Shown here piece by piece: positions 62,666 to 64,000 of a DNA stretch of 64,000 nt. This DNA is from Verrucomicrobiota bacterium. Lineage in GTDB: Bacteria > Verrucomicrobiota > Kiritimatiellia > CAJWTS01. Location of the stretch: assembly GCA_027623315.1 (NCBI GenBank), contig JAQBYD010000014.1, forward strand, positions 375 to 64,374. The letters run 5' to 3'. The notes under the pieces were generated by a model. The model saw nothing but the letters and a program-made list of their open reading frames with translations. It was not told the DNA's origin and made no database searches. The translations under genes were made by a program, and so were the position numbers. The number at the start of each line of letters is the position of its first letter. Positions within the stretch are counted from its first letter, which is position 1.

Positions 62666-62733
62666 GAGTAAGTGTTGGAGTAAGTGGGCGAGTAAGTGTC
62701 GGATGGATCTTACTCTTACTCCACCACTTACTC
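62666..62733. repeat. 12-nt-period GAGTAAGTG x3 followed by inverted CTTACTC units
   Basis: Copies at 62666, 62678 and 62690; inverted units at 62709-62733. Confidence 0.85.
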
Positions 62734-62879
62734 TTACACTCCGATCTCTGACCGCTGGCACGCACTGTAAGCATCGAATCCGTTTTCTCCCGATCGCTTA
62801 GGTAAACTCTGATTCTCTCGGAATTTCCACAAACTCACATACTCACACACATGATCCACCGGGATCGTCGTGTTTCTGT

Positions 62880-63713
62880 TCAAACGTCGTCCTTCTTCGC
62901 GCGCTCTCGCGCCGCCATGTCCGCCGCATGATCGTAAACGTTCTTTCCGTCTTTCACGAAGGGCACGGCTTGGCCCCAGAGACCGCCGTCTGGCTTGAGG
63001 ATCGGTTCGGCGCTGTACTGCGGGAGGTAGACCCGGCGCATCTTCGGAGTTGTGTTGGCACCCGAGCGGTGAAAGTTGTAACTGCTGAACGCCACGATGG
63101 AACCGGCCGGTGCCTCGACGGCGATACCGGGGTCATCGCCTTCGTACCCGATCAGGTCGCCGCTATCTTTGTCCTGGCCGTGATCGGCGATCCAGTTCTT
63201 CGTTCCGCCGCGTGAATGCGGCAGCAGATAGACGGAGCCGTTCTCCTCGTTCACGTCATCGAGCGGACACCAGCAGGTCAGGTAAGGACGATGCGTTGTC
63301 TGCTTGTGTCCGAACTTCACGTAACCGGAATCCTGGTGCCAGCTGAAGGATGCGCCCTTCTCGGCGGCCTTGACGACCCACTGTTCGTTGAAGAGTTGGA
63401 CCTCCGGGCCCAGCGTCGCCATCGCCACGTCAGCCATCAGATCACTATAGATAAACTGCCACAGGCGTGTACTCATGTGGTAGCGATTAGAAATGAAGTA
63501 ACGATTGCGGCCGTAGTTGATGCCCTGCTTTTCAACGCCCTGCGCATCCATCTCGGCGTCCATGTACCCGAGAAAGTAGGAGCACTCCTCGCGGAGTATC
63601 TGCAGCATATCGTCCGATATCACAGATTCGAGGATCATGTATCCCTCGTTGTGGTACTGGTCGATCTGGTCCTGCGGGATCCAGGGCACGGGGGGCACGG
63701 TTGCGACGGTCAT
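62880..63713 (-). CDS. PhyH-family Fe(II)/2-oxoglutarate dioxygenase
   Basis: WHQD, TCWCPLDD...ENG...LPHS, HRSGAN...RR. Confidence 0.9.
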   Translation of the reverse strand: MTVATVPPVPWIPQDQIDQYHNEGYMILESVISDDMLQILREECSYFLGYMDAEMDAQGVEKQGINYGRNRYFISNRYHMSTRLWQFIYSDLMADVAMATLGPEVQLFNEQWVVKAAEKGASFSWHQDSGYVKFGHKQTTHRPYLTCWCPLDDVNEENGSVYLLPHSRGGTKNWIADHGQDKDSGDLIGYEGDDPGIAVEAPAGSIVAFSSYNFHRSGANTTPKMRRVYLPQYSAEPILKPDGGLWGQAVPFVKDGKNVYDHAADMAARERAKKDDV

Positions 63714-63886
63714 ATCTGGTCTCCTCAAATCTTGTGTAAATGTCTAATTAGGCGTCCCGCGAGCCAGTAGCCAGCGCAACGCTGGCCACTGGCGGGTTGG
63801 CGCGTTGCCTTCGTGATGCTTGTTGAGGAGCAGATTGACGTGGTGAGAGCAAAAGAGCAAGGGGATTCGCCGTGGGTGGGCGCAGC

Positions 63887-63965
63887 TCCGCCGTGGGGCA
63901 CGGTTCTGTCCGTCCCCGGAGGGGTGCCCCGAAGGGGCAAGGACAGAACCGTGCCCCACGGCGGA
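63887..63965. repeat. REP-like element with perfect 25-bp inverted arms
   Basis: TCCGCCGTGGGGCACGGTTCTGTCC / GGACAGAACCGTGCCCCACGGCGGA, with small internal hairpins. Confidence 0.85.
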
Positions 63966-64000
63966 AGAGTTTTTGTGAAGCCCCACTCTTCAAGGGGCAG

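Noticed and set aside
62666..62733. CRISPR-like array (also 28908-28940 and 24730-24860)
   Set aside because: Units are 9 nt with gaps of 3 nt or less, there are no unique 30-40 nt spacers, and no cas genes.

Overview
GC-rich bacterial chromosomal DNA, probably from the PVC superphylum (Kiritimatiellota/Lentisphaerota-like). That is an inference from gene style, the PGK insertion and the repeat families. Contents from left to right: the end of an IS66-like element carrying the start of a DUF4338-type gene; dsbD; a frameshifted CNNM/CBS gene; rapA; a SWIM-SNF2 helicase coupled to an internally deleted recQ; puuD-like; IMPase and PMM; an orphan FtsK-gamma 3' fragment; a PQQ-like propeller; a corrinoid protein/DUF1638/URO-D-family operon containing two in-frame minigenes; mfd; an esterase; tRNA-Val(CAC); a methyltransferase, two GT2s, an SDR, pilT-like and lptG-like genes; gap-pgk-tpiA-secG; a peptide ABC operon with two permease pairs; a Gfo/Idh/MocA oxidoreductase; an MBOAT plus a double-SGNH AlgJ/AlgX protein with a translated REP; an epimerase; a (TA)4-frameshifted helical-repeat gene; and a PhyH-desaturase-URO-D-GH29 cluster. 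Several REP-like and short-period repeat families are present. No CRISPR array or rRNA was seen. The best candidates for undescribed biology are the B12/URO-D demethylation-like loci, the RecQ-deletion/SNF2 pair, the in-frame skeleton genes and the repeats translated inside proteins. All calls come from motif recognition by eye, with no database searches, and some lesions could be assembly artefacts.
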